Positions 35,674-45,897 of a DNA stretch of 64,000 bases are shown piece by piece. The DNA is from a virus (taxonomy: Duplodnaviria; Caudoviricetes): IMG/VR virus record IMGVR_UViG_3300005365_000003, positions 10,730 through 74,729 of that record; one strand, written 5' to 3'. Position 1 is the first letter of the stretch; every line of letters starts with the position of its first letter. Below the pieces are notes generated by a model, which did no database searches, was not told where the DNA came from, and was given only the letters and a program-made list of their open reading frames with translations. The position numbers and the translations under genes are program-made.

Positions 35674-37200
35674 ATGAGCATGACATTGGGTTCATTTGCA
35701 AATGGTGCTGGATACGTATACGTAACAGCTCCTGATGGGGTTTCTATAATTTCTAATTTAGAAAACGACCCTCAAATATGGCAACAGGTTCAGAAGCTTG
35801 CTAATTCATCTGCATCTCTTACTGATCCTACATTGGAAAGTGATTCTACGTATGGTTATAGATTTTTTGGCAATACATCTGGATCTCAAGGAAATCTTAC
35901 CGGTTCAACAGAAATGACAAGATTTTTTGTAAATCGCGGTGCGCAGACAGCAGCATACAAGAAAGCCGTTACTATCGCTACAGGAGTAATAACATTAAAC
36001 AGAGTATCAAATAATACTCTTTTATATGTTTCTACAGAAGGCGGACTGGCTGATGTTCTCGATACAATAACAATGACAGGGGTGGTGGATAATGATACCG
36101 TTACGATTGTTGGTGCAAATTCAGGTGCTGGTGGAATTATAACAGTACCAACAGGAACTGGAAATATTTTTCTGTCCAGTTCAACGTCTTTTGTTTCCGG
36201 TGTTAGAGGAATATCATTGGTGTTGAGATATTTTTCAGCAGCTACAGCCGGATGGTACGAAGTATCGAGAAATGCTATTTTCCCAACCGTTGCACAGCTG
36301 AGGCTTTCAGGAATAGCAGAACCTGTTCAAGGTATAAACACTACTGCTATGGGAACAAGTGGAACTACCACTTATGTTCCTGGAACTGATAAGGGTTATC
36401 AGGTTATTACGGGATCACCTGTTTTAGTTGGCGCAATTGTGTTTGCAACAGGTGGCACTCCTATGGATGGAGATTCGTTTATTCTTGATTATAGAGCTAC
36501 TCCTACTATAGGAGGTAATACAGTAACAGTTTTCGGTATTACACTTACGGCCACTCAATCAGTTCAGAAATGTATCGTTAGAACCACCTATAATCTAACC
36601 AATACAACATGGTATTCTGTTTTGGAGGTTAATGGCAATGCGATAGATTTTGCTACTACTACACAACTGGCAACAAAAGAAGACTTGTTAGGAAATCCAG
36701 GGGGAGATGGATATATACTTTCTTCTCTCATTTCAGGAACTCGTTCTTGGATCCCTTATCCTGTAGGTGGGTCTACTTATAAATTCCTTACAACTAGTTT
36801 TTCCAAGACTAATGCAACACTCGCTTCTGTAACATCTCTAGCTCAATCAGTGCTTGCTAATAATACATATTCTTTTGAATATATATTATTCATTAGCGCT
36901 GATGTAACGGGCGGATCTCAATATAGCATACAGGGATCTGGACTTACTCCAACACTTATAATATATGAGGTAGAGCTTATCAGTAATGCAGCTACTGGTA
37001 GTTATGCTATTGCTGATAGTGCTGGAGATTTAACTACAGCTGTTGGGCAGGCCGGAACTACAGATGGAATATGTAAAATAACCGGAACTATTTCTAGTTC
37101 AACTACCGGTACACTTATATTGAAGTTTGCTCAGAATGCAGCAAATGTAAGTAGTAGTATACTACCTGGAAGTAGAGCTACTTTAACGCAGATAGGATAA
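35674..37200 (+). CDS. tail fibre/spike-like structural protein
   Basis: IATGVITL...VSTEGGLADVLDTIT fibre motif; G/T/S-rich. Confidence 0.6.
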   Translation: MSMTLGSFANGAGYVYVTAPDGVSIISNLENDPQIWQQVQKLANSSASLTDPTLESDSTYGYRFFGNTSGSQGNLTGSTEMTRFFVNRGAQTAAYKKAVTIATGVITLNRVSNNTLLYVSTEGGLADVLDTITMTGVVDNDTVTIVGANSGAGGIITVPTGTGNIFLSSSTSFVSGVRGISLVLRYFSAATAGWYEVSRNAIFPTVAQLRLSGIAEPVQGINTTAMGTSGTTTYVPGTDKGYQVITGSPVLVGAIVFATGGTPMDGDSFILDYRATPTIGGNTVTVFGITLTATQSVQKCIVRTTYNLTNTTWYSVLEVNGNAIDFATTTQLATKEDLLGNPGGDGYILSSLISGTRSWIPYPVGGSTYKFLTTSFSKTNATLASVTSLAQSVLANNTYSFEYILFISADVTGGSQYSIQGSGLTPTLIIYEVELISNAATGSYAIADSAGDLTTAVGQAGTTDGICKITGTISSSTTGTLILKFAQNAANVSSSILPGSRATLTQIG

Positions 37201-37202
37201 GC

Positions 37203-37850
37203 ATGAACATAAACGAAGCATATACTTTTCTTAATTTCATTTCCAACAAAAATCAGTCTGGAACGGTTTCCCCGTCTCAGTTCAATCAGATGGCTACTCA
37301 GGCTCAGTGGGAGTATTTCGAGAAAGAATATGTAAAGTGGCAGACTACGCAGGATGTTACGGATGCTTTGAAAGTGTTTATTAAATCTCTCGCTACTGCC
37401 GTATCGGTAACAGGTCGCCTTCCTTATCCATCAGATTACGAACATGTAATATCTACCAGGCATTATTTCGTAAAGAATGATAACACAGGAATAGAAGTGC
37501 CTGTTAGGGAAGTAGATAATGACCAATATGCTGAGTATTTGCAAAGTGAGATTGTTACTCCAACTTTACGTTTTCCTATTTGGACAGCATACTCAGATTA
37601 CATGCAATTCAAGCCTAATAGTGTTGGACTGATAACTTTTGATTATTTCAGAAAGCCAAACAATCCTGTGTGGGGGTTTACGGTAGTCAATAGTAGGCCG
37701 GTGTATGATCCGCTTACTAGCGTGGACTGGGATCTTCCAGACCAGTGTCACAACACCCTTATTTTTGAAATGTGTAGTTATCTTGGAATTAATTTACGAG
37801 AAAACGAGTTGGTGCAATATTCCGAACTTCAAAAAAATGAGCAGAAATAA
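37203..37850 (+). CDS. tail adaptor/ring protein
   Basis: MNINEAY..LNFISNK.QSG.VSPSQFN..A..AQ; YFRKP..P.W; LPDQCH; position before nozzle. Confidence 0.7.
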   Translation: MNINEAYTFLNFISNKNQSGTVSPSQFNQMATQAQWEYFEKEYVKWQTTQDVTDALKVFIKSLATAVSVTGRLPYPSDYEHVISTRHYFVKNDNTGIEVPVREVDNDQYAEYLQSEIVTPTLRFPIWTAYSDYMQFKPNSVGLITFDYFRKPNNPVWGFTVVNSRPVYDPLTSVDWDLPDQCHNTLIFEMCSYLGINLRENELVQYSELQKNEQK

Positions 37851-37852
37851 TT

Positions 37853-38473
37853 ATGGCTTCAAAAATTCGTATAGCAGAGCAGAGTAGATTATTATTAGGT
37901 GGGAAACCTTCTCTCCAAGAGCTTATGTTGTATGCTAATCAGGCATACGCGACAGTAGTGATGGAGAATTGGTGGGTTAATAAATCTCAGGGAGAAAACG
38001 ACATTAACGGTAATTTTATTTATGCTTTTGAAGACAATGATATTATTTTAGACGTTCCCAAAAACATTTATTACTCAACTCTTCCTTCTTCTTTTTTAGG
38101 TAATATTCCACATGAGATGGGAATCCCGCACGTGTCGTATATGGAGAGTTATAATAAACTATTCATACGATTAAGCAATGGTATGCCAGCGTTGTTTCAA
38201 GGATTACAATCTTCGAACTTTGATGGAAATGATACTTTTTTCGTAGAGAATAATAGAATTTATTTACCTACAATAAATACTTCCACCTCATGCACTTCAA
38301 AACTTTTAATAAAACTTGTTGTGGCACTTGAGGGCATAGACGATCAGAAGCAAATCTCTATTCCTCCTGACATAGAGGCAAAAATCGTGGCAATGTGTGT
38401 AGCGATGTATTCTCAAAAACAAAATGAAACTGTTGTTCAATCTGCTCCAGTAGAAGCTGGCCGAAAACCTTAA
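37853..38473 (+). CDS. tail ring protein (putative)
   Basis: Position; ends IPPDIEAKIV like other ring proteins. Confidence 0.55.
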   Translation: MASKIRIAEQSRLLLGGKPSLQELMLYANQAYATVVMENWWVNKSQGENDINGNFIYAFEDNDIILDVPKNIYYSTLPSSFLGNIPHEMGIPHVSYMESYNKLFIRLSNGMPALFQGLQSSNFDGNDTFFVENNRIYLPTINTSTSCTSKLLIKLVVALEGIDDQKQISIPPDIEAKIVAMCVAMYSQKQNETVVQSAPVEAGRKP

Positions 38474-38482
38474 TAATAGCAA

Positions 38483-39268
38483 ATGGTACAACATACACTT
38501 TCGTCAGTCGTGCAGGAATGGTTGGTAGAAAAAGGAGAAACGAATATGAATCGTTTTGCTAAAATCTATCAGTTAAGTGTGGCATGTTTACGCGAAATTA
38601 ACATGGATTCAACGGGAGTGGCTTCGGTTGCTATCCTGGACGCAAACACTACTGACTCAATAAATTTACCTCCTGATTTCGTTGGATTTATCCGTATGGC
38701 TATTGTTGACTTTAATGGCAATCTTCAGTCGCTCGGTCAAAACGACAACATAGCACTTCCTAGGTGGTATAACTCCTGTGGCGATCCTGTTAAACTTGTG
38801 CCCACTGCTGGAATAAATGACTTGACTGGAGTTAACGTGCAACCGTTTTTTAATGGACTACAAGGATATGCTGATAACTTTCGTAATGCAGAGGCAGTAG
38901 GAAGAATGTTTGGCGTGGGTGGAGGAAATAATGTTTATGGAACATTTAGGATTGACAGGGCAAAAGGAACTGTAGTATTTGGGCACTTATTAACCAACAT
39001 TCATCAAGTAGTTCTTGAATATTTATCTGATATTTCTGTTGTAGATGGGAAATATCTGGTTCATCCATTTATGATTTCAACAATAAAAGCTTATATATCA
39101 TGGATGGATATTAATGATAATGATCGTAAGGGGCTTGGAGAGAAACAGATGAAAGAAAAGCAGTATTACAATGCTGAGAGAAAAATGAGAAGTAGGTTTC
39201 AAGCGCATACTTTGCAGGATTGGGCTCAAGCATTCCGATTTGCTAATAAAGCGGCAGTGCGTTGGTAA
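38483..39268 (+). CDS. tail ring protein (putative)
   Basis: LPPDFVGFIR, FRIDR..G.V.F, VVLEYLSD, VHPFM..TIKAYI. Confidence 0.65.
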   Translation: MVQHTLSSVVQEWLVEKGETNMNRFAKIYQLSVACLREINMDSTGVASVAILDANTTDSINLPPDFVGFIRMAIVDFNGNLQSLGQNDNIALPRWYNSCGDPVKLVPTAGINDLTGVNVQPFFNGLQGYADNFRNAEAVGRMFGVGGGNNVYGTFRIDRAKGTVVFGHLLTNIHQVVLEYLSDISVVDGKYLVHPFMISTIKAYISWMDINDNDRKGLGEKQMKEKQYYNAERKMRSRFQAHTLQDWAQAFRFANKAAVRW

Positions 39269-39279
39269 TTTTTATAATT

Positions 39280-39801
39280 ATGAAAAAAATTATTATTAAT
39301 TCAAAAACTCACGGAATAAAAAATATTTTAGTTGATGACAATGATTTTGAGATAGTGAATAAATATAAATGGACTTTAATATGTCAACCGCATTCTTTCT
39401 ATGTAGTAAGAATGTCATCAAGAAAAGAAGGGAAAAGATATTTTATTCATTTGCATAGGTTTTTGATGGGATTAGATAGGAGCGATAAAAGAATTATAGA
39501 CCACATAAATCATAATGGCTTAGATAATAGGAGATGTAATTTAAGAGTGGCGACTACAGCTCAAAATAATAAAAACATTAGTCGTCACAAAGATTCATTT
39601 TCTAAATATCTTGGAGTTAACTTATATAAAGGTAATTTAAGAAAAGACGGAACTATGCCAGAAAGTAAATGGAGGGCACAATTATATAGCAATGGAAAAG
39701 CTTATCAGGTGTACTGCACATCTGAAATTAATGCCGCTCAAGCCTATAATATTTTGGCTGAAAAACATCATGGCGAATTTGCTAATTACAATAAATCTTA
39801 A
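39280..39801 (+). mobile_element. HNH-AP2 homing endonuclease gene
   Basis: IHLHRFLMG...IDHINHNGLDNRRCNLR...QNNKN; SKYLGV...WRAQL...AAQAYN...HGEFA. Confidence 0.9.
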
Positions 39802-39803
39802 TC

Positions 39804-42800
39804 ATGCCGATTGAGAAGAGAAAATTTACTACTGGCCTCGACCAAGATAGCACACAAGAAGATGTTATTGCTACTAGCTATAGATATGCGCTTAACATAC
39901 GAAGCATGTCCTCTGATGGTCAAAATGAAGGTGCGATAACTAATACAAAAGGCAACACTCTAACAGCATTCACGCTTCCATCTGGAACTAATAAATGTAT
40001 AGGATCCTATGAAGATAAAGAACGCAGTAAAATCTATTATTTTCTTTTTAATTCGACTGATAATCACTCTATTCTTCAGTACGATTCTCCTGCTAACGCG
40101 ATTACTACGGTTCTTACTAACGCTATCTTGAAGTTCCATATAAATTTTCTAATAACTGGAATAAACGTTGTAGAGCTTGATGCAGACAATCATTTGCTTT
40201 ATTGGACAGACAACAACGAAGAGCCAAAGAAAATAAATATTGAGAAGGGGATCCTGCACTCTCAGGGCAATTTTATCCAAGGATATGCTACGCCTTTTCT
40301 TGCCGACTATATTTATAGGATAAAAGCCCCAGAGCTTCATCCGCCTACATGTGCTTATCAATCCGATCCAACCAGGAATATAAATTTATTAGAGGGACAT
40401 TTGTTTCAATTTGCTACTCAGTATATATATGATGATTTTGAGCGCTCAGCTAAGTCTCCAATATCTATTCCTCCGCTTCCGGCGGTTGTGTGTGCTACAA
40501 ATCCTGCTTCAAGTATTAATAACTCTATAGTCATAACATTTGAAACAGGAAGCACTATAGTTACTAAAATCATACTTTTGGCCAGAGAAGGAAATACTGG
40601 CGATTTCTTTAAGATAGCGACATTAGATAAAGCACTTTTAAATATTGCGAGTAATACTACCAATTCATACAGTTTCTATAATGATGAGGTTTATAATTTC
40701 ATTGATATAAATGAAAGTATAAAACTATTTGATAGTGTTCCGCGTAAGTCTAAGGCGCAGGAGATCATTGATCCATCACGAATTACTGATGGTAATATTT
40801 TAGAGGGATTTGATGGTGTTGATATAAATGCACAATTATCATTAACTATTCTTCCGGATCCATCTCCTACATTATATGGATTCAGTGGTAGAATAAATAT
40901 CGGCAACTTCTTCACTACTATTCCTGATTTTATTGTAGGTCAGCCTATTCATAACATAGATGATGGCAGTGGTACTGTGTTTGGAGGGTTTGGTAATGCA
41001 GATTTTGTAAATACCGTAGGAAGTGGATTTGGTCAGACTATTCCTCTTAATGGATTTGTTGTGTATTTGACTGGAACTCCGTATTATGCCATATCAACGC
41101 AAAGCCACCCATCTAACGTAACGTATTATGGCAATCCGGCTGATAATGTATATGATAGCAGTAGTGCTGGAAATAGGACGGCTATACGTAATGCAATTCA
41201 GGCGGGACAGGTTTATAGCGATTTTACTTTCAGTGGCATTCCTCCTGGCAAGTACATAATGCGCATTGCTTCTCATTTAACTACGCAAGCAGATCTTAGC
41301 GGAGGTAATTTAGATTGGCAAAAATCAAGCACCAATACGCTTTTAGTTTCTGAATACAACAATCATGAATGTCTGCTTGAGATCACTTCGTCAGGAGATA
41401 TTATATACGGATCAACTACAGTCCCTAATGGTGGATATATTGGTAGAACTTTAATAATGGATCTTACTAATCCTACTGTAGGGGTTGGATTTATAGATGC
41501 ATCTGCTATAACCGGATATGTTACAGACAAAGACATAGTCTCTCCTTCCGGAACTGCCGGCTACCTAGCCGACACCAGGATAGAGCTTGCTAAGGCAACT
41601 TTTGAATCATCTGGAGTAAGTTGGGCTCTGAGCAACAGCTGGAACAATGTTATGGCGGTATCTGGGTTTAATCCTGGTATATCGGTTAATATCCCGGTAA
41701 CGGATTATCCGAATCATCTTACTTACACGGATCATAATGGTTATATTTACTTTACTGCCGGAGCAAGTGGATTTCATCTGAAAATAGATGCAGTTATTAG
41801 TGGGATATATTCTCTTAATGCTGCTAAATACGATTACGCTAGTCCCCCGTCACCGTTTGTAGATCCACCATCTAACGGAATGAGTATGGGCATATTCAGG
41901 AGTGATGATGCCAGTGGCAATGTTGAAGCTTATTCGAGAACTATACTTAATGGAAGTGTTCAATATACCGGAGTAGGAGTTTCTGGTATATCTGTTGTGA
42001 CAACTCAAGGATCCGCTACCCAAACGCTTGTTAGCGGTCAATACGAATTGCCGGTATATGTAAATACCAGAACTGCTCCTGGCGGACTGTCCAGGGAAGG
42101 ATATGTGACGTATGGGGTATCGGATAATTGCATTGCAACGTTTTCGCCATCTTCTGATTATTACAATATTAATATTCTAACCCCATCCTCTCCTCAGACA
42201 GTATTTGTTAGCCCATATAACGGAACATATGATTACAATAACAACACCGTACTCCTTGCAACAGTAACTATAGTTACAATACTTGGGGCTGGATCATCTG
42301 TCTCGTTTAAAAGGGGAAGTGTGTATCAAATAGGAATAGTTTATTACGATCATGGGAATAGAAGCGGGCTTACTAATACGAATGATAATGATTTTAACAC
42401 TCAGAATCCACAGGGATTATTTGGAAATAAACTAACCATTCCATTTTTTACAGAAATAAATCCAGTCACGAGTCAAATATATGGTGGAGCTCAGCCGTCA
42501 ATATCATGGAGCGTATACAATCAACCTCCTGTATGGGCAACGCATTATCAGTTTGTCCGAACGCTTAACAGTGTTCCAAACAGATACCTGCAATTTACAG
42601 CTAAAAACATTGAATACACAGATGATGAGCGTACAGTTGTTCCGTACACTCAGGCAACTCTTATTGGAATAAATATTCAAAATATAGCTAACTACGCTAA
42701 CTTGCACGGAGATTCAGTTCTTAATTTTGGGACCACTGGTACTACCATAAGCTTTCTTCCTGCAATAGGAGACAGGATAAGATTTATAAAAGATGCTAAT

Positions 42801-44369
42801 GGGATATTCTTTACATCATACGTTGATCTTAAAATAGTCAATGTTGATCTTGCTGGTATAGCGTATGTTAATAATGACTTTGCTTTGGGCCAGATAGCTG
42901 CCGGATGCCTGTTTGAAATATATACTCCAAAGCTTCAATCTCCTACTCAGATTTATTATGAGATTGGCGAGTGCTATGATATAGGGAATGCCGGACTGGC
43001 AACCAGGTTTCATAAAGGCCAAACAGGAGATCAGAGCACTACGTTTATTGCTAATCCATTTGGACAGTTAGTATCTACTGTGCCGGCAACGGGAACATTT
43101 TCATCCGGCGATACATACTCCAGGATTCGCTCAATACCATTTGGTGTTACAGCTCCACCCGATCCAACTAAATTTACCAGCATAAAAGCATGGTATATAG
43201 AGGATGCTAATTTCAGTGACTTTTTTTCAAGTAAGGTTCAGAATATTGGCAGGCCAAATAGGGTAGATAGAACTTTCAGAGAGGTAAGGAGAAAAAGTAC
43301 AATATATTATTCTGAGAAATTTGTACCAGAAACACAGCTAAATGGGCTTAGCTCAGTATATGATACATCGTTTGAGACTTATGAAGCGCAGTATGGCGGG
43401 ATTCAAAAGCTTTTCAACTACAACCTAAGACTTGATTGTTACCAAGAACTTAAAGTAGGAGCTATTCCTGTCAATCAAGTTCAGTTTCAGTCTACGGCAG
43501 TAAGCGGAAGTGATGTTGTGGGGTCCACCGCAACAGTGCTTAATCCTATACGGTACTACCAAGGAGAGTTTGGGATAGGCCAAAACCCTGAAAGCTTTGC
43601 TTATTATGGAGGGCAGAGGTACTTTTTCGACTTGCAAAGAGGGGCCGTGCTTAGACTTTCTGATAATGGATTGTTTCCAATAGATGACTACAAAATGTCA
43701 AACTATTTCACTCAGAAGTCAAGAGATATTTTGGCAACCGGAGTTCATCCGAATATTTACGGAACTTATGATGTAAGGTTTGGCGAGTATATTCTTGCGT
43801 TCGAAACGTTTGATTATTTCATTACTACTCCTACAGGAGAAATATTAGTTCCTTTTCCAGGGGAAACAGTGGCGTTTAATGAGAAGTATAATAGTTGGGC
43901 CACTTTCTACTCTTATTTACCAGAAAACATGTGTACAAATAATGTAGACATAGTTACTTTTAAGAATGGTGGACTGTATACTCATAACAGCAATTCAACT
44001 ATGAATAATTTCTATGGAGTTCAATATCCATCAGAAGTATGGGTTATAAGTAATGCTGATCCATCTAAAGAGAAAGTTATTGCTGCTATAAGTGAGGAGT
44101 GCAGGCAGACATGGGAAGCCTATGAAATCAGTACTCCCAATGGACAAATAAGTAATCTTATTGATTCAGACTTTGAACTTCGTCAGAACATGAATTATGC
44201 TGGAGTATTGAGAGATGTAAATACGCCGAATATTACTAATCCGCTTTTCGAAGGGGATGTGTTGGTGGATACAAATTTTCTCATAAAACTAAGAAATGGA
44301 TTAACAACGTTTGTGAAGTTATATGCTGTTAATATATATTTACAAGCACAGGAAAGGAGCAACAAGTAG
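39804..44369 (+). CDS. tail nozzle/muzzle (stabilisation) protein
   Basis: 1521 aa; GLDQDS, YRYALNIR, LYWTDNNEEPKKINI, FQFATQYIYDD, YQIGIVYYD.GNRS, GEFGIGQNPESFA. Confidence 0.8.
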   Translation: MPIEKRKFTTGLDQDSTQEDVIATSYRYALNIRSMSSDGQNEGAITNTKGNTLTAFTLPSGTNKCIGSYEDKERSKIYYFLFNSTDNHSILQYDSPANAITTVLTNAILKFHINFLITGINVVELDADNHLLYWTDNNEEPKKINIEKGILHSQGNFIQGYATPFLADYIYRIKAPELHPPTCAYQSDPTRNINLLEGHLFQFATQYIYDDFERSAKSPISIPPLPAVVCATNPASSINNSIVITFETGSTIVTKIILLAREGNTGDFFKIATLDKALLNIASNTTNSYSFYNDEVYNFIDINESIKLFDSVPRKSKAQEIIDPSRITDGNILEGFDGVDINAQLSLTILPDPSPTLYGFSGRINIGNFFTTIPDFIVGQPIHNIDDGSGTVFGGFGNADFVNTVGSGFGQTIPLNGFVVYLTGTPYYAISTQSHPSNVTYYGNPADNVYDSSSAGNRTAIRNAIQAGQVYSDFTFSGIPPGKYIMRIASHLTTQADLSGGNLDWQKSSTNTLLVSEYNNHECLLEITSSGDIIYGSTTVPNGGYIGRTLIMDLTNPTVGVGFIDASAITGYVTDKDIVSPSGTAGYLADTRIELAKATFESSGVSWALSNSWNNVMAVSGFNPGISVNIPVTDYPNHLTYTDHNGYIYFTAGASGFHLKIDAVISGIYSLNAAKYDYASPPSPFVDPPSNGMSMGIFRSDDASGNVEAYSRTILNGSVQYTGVGVSGISVVTTQGSATQTLVSGQYELPVYVNTRTAPGGLSREGYVTYGVSDNCIATFSPSSDYYNINILTPSSPQTVFVSPYNGTYDYNNNTVLLATVTIVTILGAGSSVSFKRGSVYQIGIVYYDHGNRSGLTNTNDNDFNTQNPQGLFGNKLTIPFFTEINPVTSQIYGGAQPSISWSVYNQPPVWATHYQFVRTLNSVPNRYLQFTAKNIEYTDDERTVVPYTQATLIGINIQNIANYANLHGDSVLNFGTTGTTISFLPAIGDRIRFIKDANGIFFTSYVDLKIVNVDLAGIAYVNNDFALGQIAAGCLFEIYTPKLQSPTQIYYEIGECYDIGNAGLATRFHKGQTGDQSTTFIANPFGQLVSTVPATGTFSSGDTYSRIRSIPFGVTAPPDPTKFTSIKAWYIEDANFSDFFSSKVQNIGRPNRVDRTFREVRRKSTIYYSEKFVPETQLNGLSSVYDTSFETYEAQYGGIQKLFNYNLRLDCYQELKVGAIPVNQVQFQSTAVSGSDVVGSTATVLNPIRYYQGEFGIGQNPESFAYYGGQRYFFDLQRGAVLRLSDNGLFPIDDYKMSNYFTQKSRDILATGVHPNIYGTYDVRFGEYILAFETFDYFITTPTGEILVPFPGETVAFNEKYNSWATFYSYLPENMCTNNVDIVTFKNGGLYTHNSNSTMNNFYGVQYPSEVWVISNADPSKEKVIAAISEECRQTWEAYEISTPNGQISNLIDSDFELRQNMNYAGVLRDVNTPNITNPLFEGDVLVDTNFLIKLRNGLTTFVKLYAVNIYLQAQERSNK

Positions 44370-44370
44370 C

Positions 44371-44667
44371 ATGACACAACAGTTATTATTATTCATATTG
44401 AGCACTGCCGGATTAACTATAATCCTTACAAGGAGTAAGATATTTAAGCCGGTAAGGGAGTATATTACGATGCGCAATAAGAATAAATTTATGTCAGTTA
44501 TGGATTCGATATTATCCTGTTCTCTTTGCTGTGGATTCTGGTGTTCTATGGTTGTGTATTACTTGCAGTTCAAAAATATTGATATACAGCTAGTTTTATG
44601 TACCTTTGCAGGAGCAGTGATGAGTAATTTGATTATTTCAACAATATTGTATTTAGATAGAAAATAA
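44371..44667 (+). CDS. DUF1360-like small membrane protein
   Basis: ILTRSKIFKPVRE...LSCSLCCGFW; three hydrophobic segments. Confidence 0.7.
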   Translation: MTQQLLLFILSTAGLTIILTRSKIFKPVREYITMRNKNKFMSVMDSILSCSLCCGFWCSMVVYYLQFKNIDIQLVLCTFAGAVMSNLIISTILYLDRK

Positions 44668-45137
44668 TGAAGGATTACTATTACATACCTGAAACCGAAT
44701 ATATCACAATCCTTAATGAGTGTTTTGATGCTGACAAAGAATTGCTTGATAAATATCATGTATGTGCTCCAGCCGATCTGAATACTTGCGTCCGCAAGAC
44801 GTATTATGATTTAAAAACTGCCGAATCATTGAAGTTTTTTGTATTGCATTGTACAGATGATGAATCAGATGAATTGATAGGGTTTTTTGGAGTAATTAAA
44901 GAAGAAAAATACGGAGTTCTGTTTACTTTCTTTGTTAAGCCAAAATATAGGGATCAGAATACGATGGATTTCTTTTTTTCTAGTATAGAAAAAGAATTGG
45001 GAATGGATTATTATTCTGCCATCTATCTTCATAATACCCGCGCTCAAAGATTCCTCGAAAAAAATAATTTCACTGTTGTTAATGAGATAGGTGTTGTGGG
45101 AGAAAAAAAAGATGCAATAATTTTTAAAAATAATTAA
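44667..45137 (+). CDS. GNAT-fold protein (T7 gp13-like position)
   Basis: LIGFFG, HNTRAQRFLEKNNF; precedes ejection proteins. Confidence 0.65.
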   Translation: MKDYYYIPETEYITILNECFDADKELLDKYHVCAPADLNTCVRKTYYDLKTAESLKFFVLHCTDDESDELIGFFGVIKEEKYGVLFTFFVKPKYRDQNTMDFFFSSIEKELGMDYYSAIYLHNTRAQRFLEKNNFTVVNEIGVVGEKKDAIIFKNN

Positions 45138-45139
45138 CT

Positions 45140-45895
45140 ATGCCTGTTTCGCTTTCTGCAATAAATGCCGGCATTTCTGGTGCTGTTGGTGTAGCTCAAT
45201 ATATTAAAGGAGCCAAGCTAGCTAAACAAAACAAAAGAGAAGACTATGAAATTCCAGAAGAAGCCAAGCAAAACCTATCTCAAGCCCAATTAAATGCTTT
45301 AGAAGGATTACCTGCTGAGCAAAAGGCTGAATACATACAAAACACTCAGCGTCAACAAAACTTTGGCCTCAATGCTTTAGGTGATCGCAAGGCTGGTCTT
45401 GCCGGGTTAGCTACTCTTACACAACAAGGCAATGATGCAAATAAGTCATTGTTATCTATGGATGCTGCGGCAAGGCAACAGAATCAACAAGGGCTCATGG
45501 ATGCGCGTACTCAGATGGCCGGATTTAAGGATAAGCAATTTGAGCTAAATAAATTACTACCATTCCAAGCGAATGCTCAGGCTGCGCAGGGGCTGAAAGG
45601 AGCAGGACTCCAGAACATAAGCGGCGCTCTTGGGTCTGTTACAAATACCCTTGAGAATAGTGCTATAGCAAAAGCTTATGGATCTGGTGGTGGATCGACA
45701 GATGGATCAGTTCCGCAAATACCCGGATCTACTCAAGCGGTTAGTGGTGATGGTGGCGGATTTGGTCAAGCTCCGCAACGCACAGATGTTATGAATCAAT
45801 ATCGTGTAGCTAAAATGTCCAATCCAAATCTTTCATTAGCTGACTTTATGAAAACACAACCAAATCAGGGTGGATTAAATTTGTTTAATAAATAG
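45140..45895 (+). CDS. internal virion/ejection protein 1
   Basis: G/A-rich hydrophobic N-terminus, Q/A-rich helical body. Confidence 0.65.
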   Translation: MPVSLSAINAGISGAVGVAQYIKGAKLAKQNKREDYEIPEEAKQNLSQAQLNALEGLPAEQKAEYIQNTQRQQNFGLNALGDRKAGLAGLATLTQQGNDANKSLLSMDAAARQQNQQGLMDARTQMAGFKDKQFELNKLLPFQANAQAAQGLKGAGLQNISGALGSVTNTLENSAIAKAYGSGGGSTDGSVPQIPGSTQAVSGDGGGFGQAPQRTDVMNQYRVAKMSNPNLSLADFMKTQPNQGGLNLFNK

Positions 45896-45897
45896 TA

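Noticed and set aside
39238-39786. ATTTGCTAAT repeated near both ends of the HNH insertion as a target-site duplication
   Set aside because: AT-rich 10-mer; the second copy encodes the conserved EFAN end of AP2 domains, and homing endonucleases do not make such duplications
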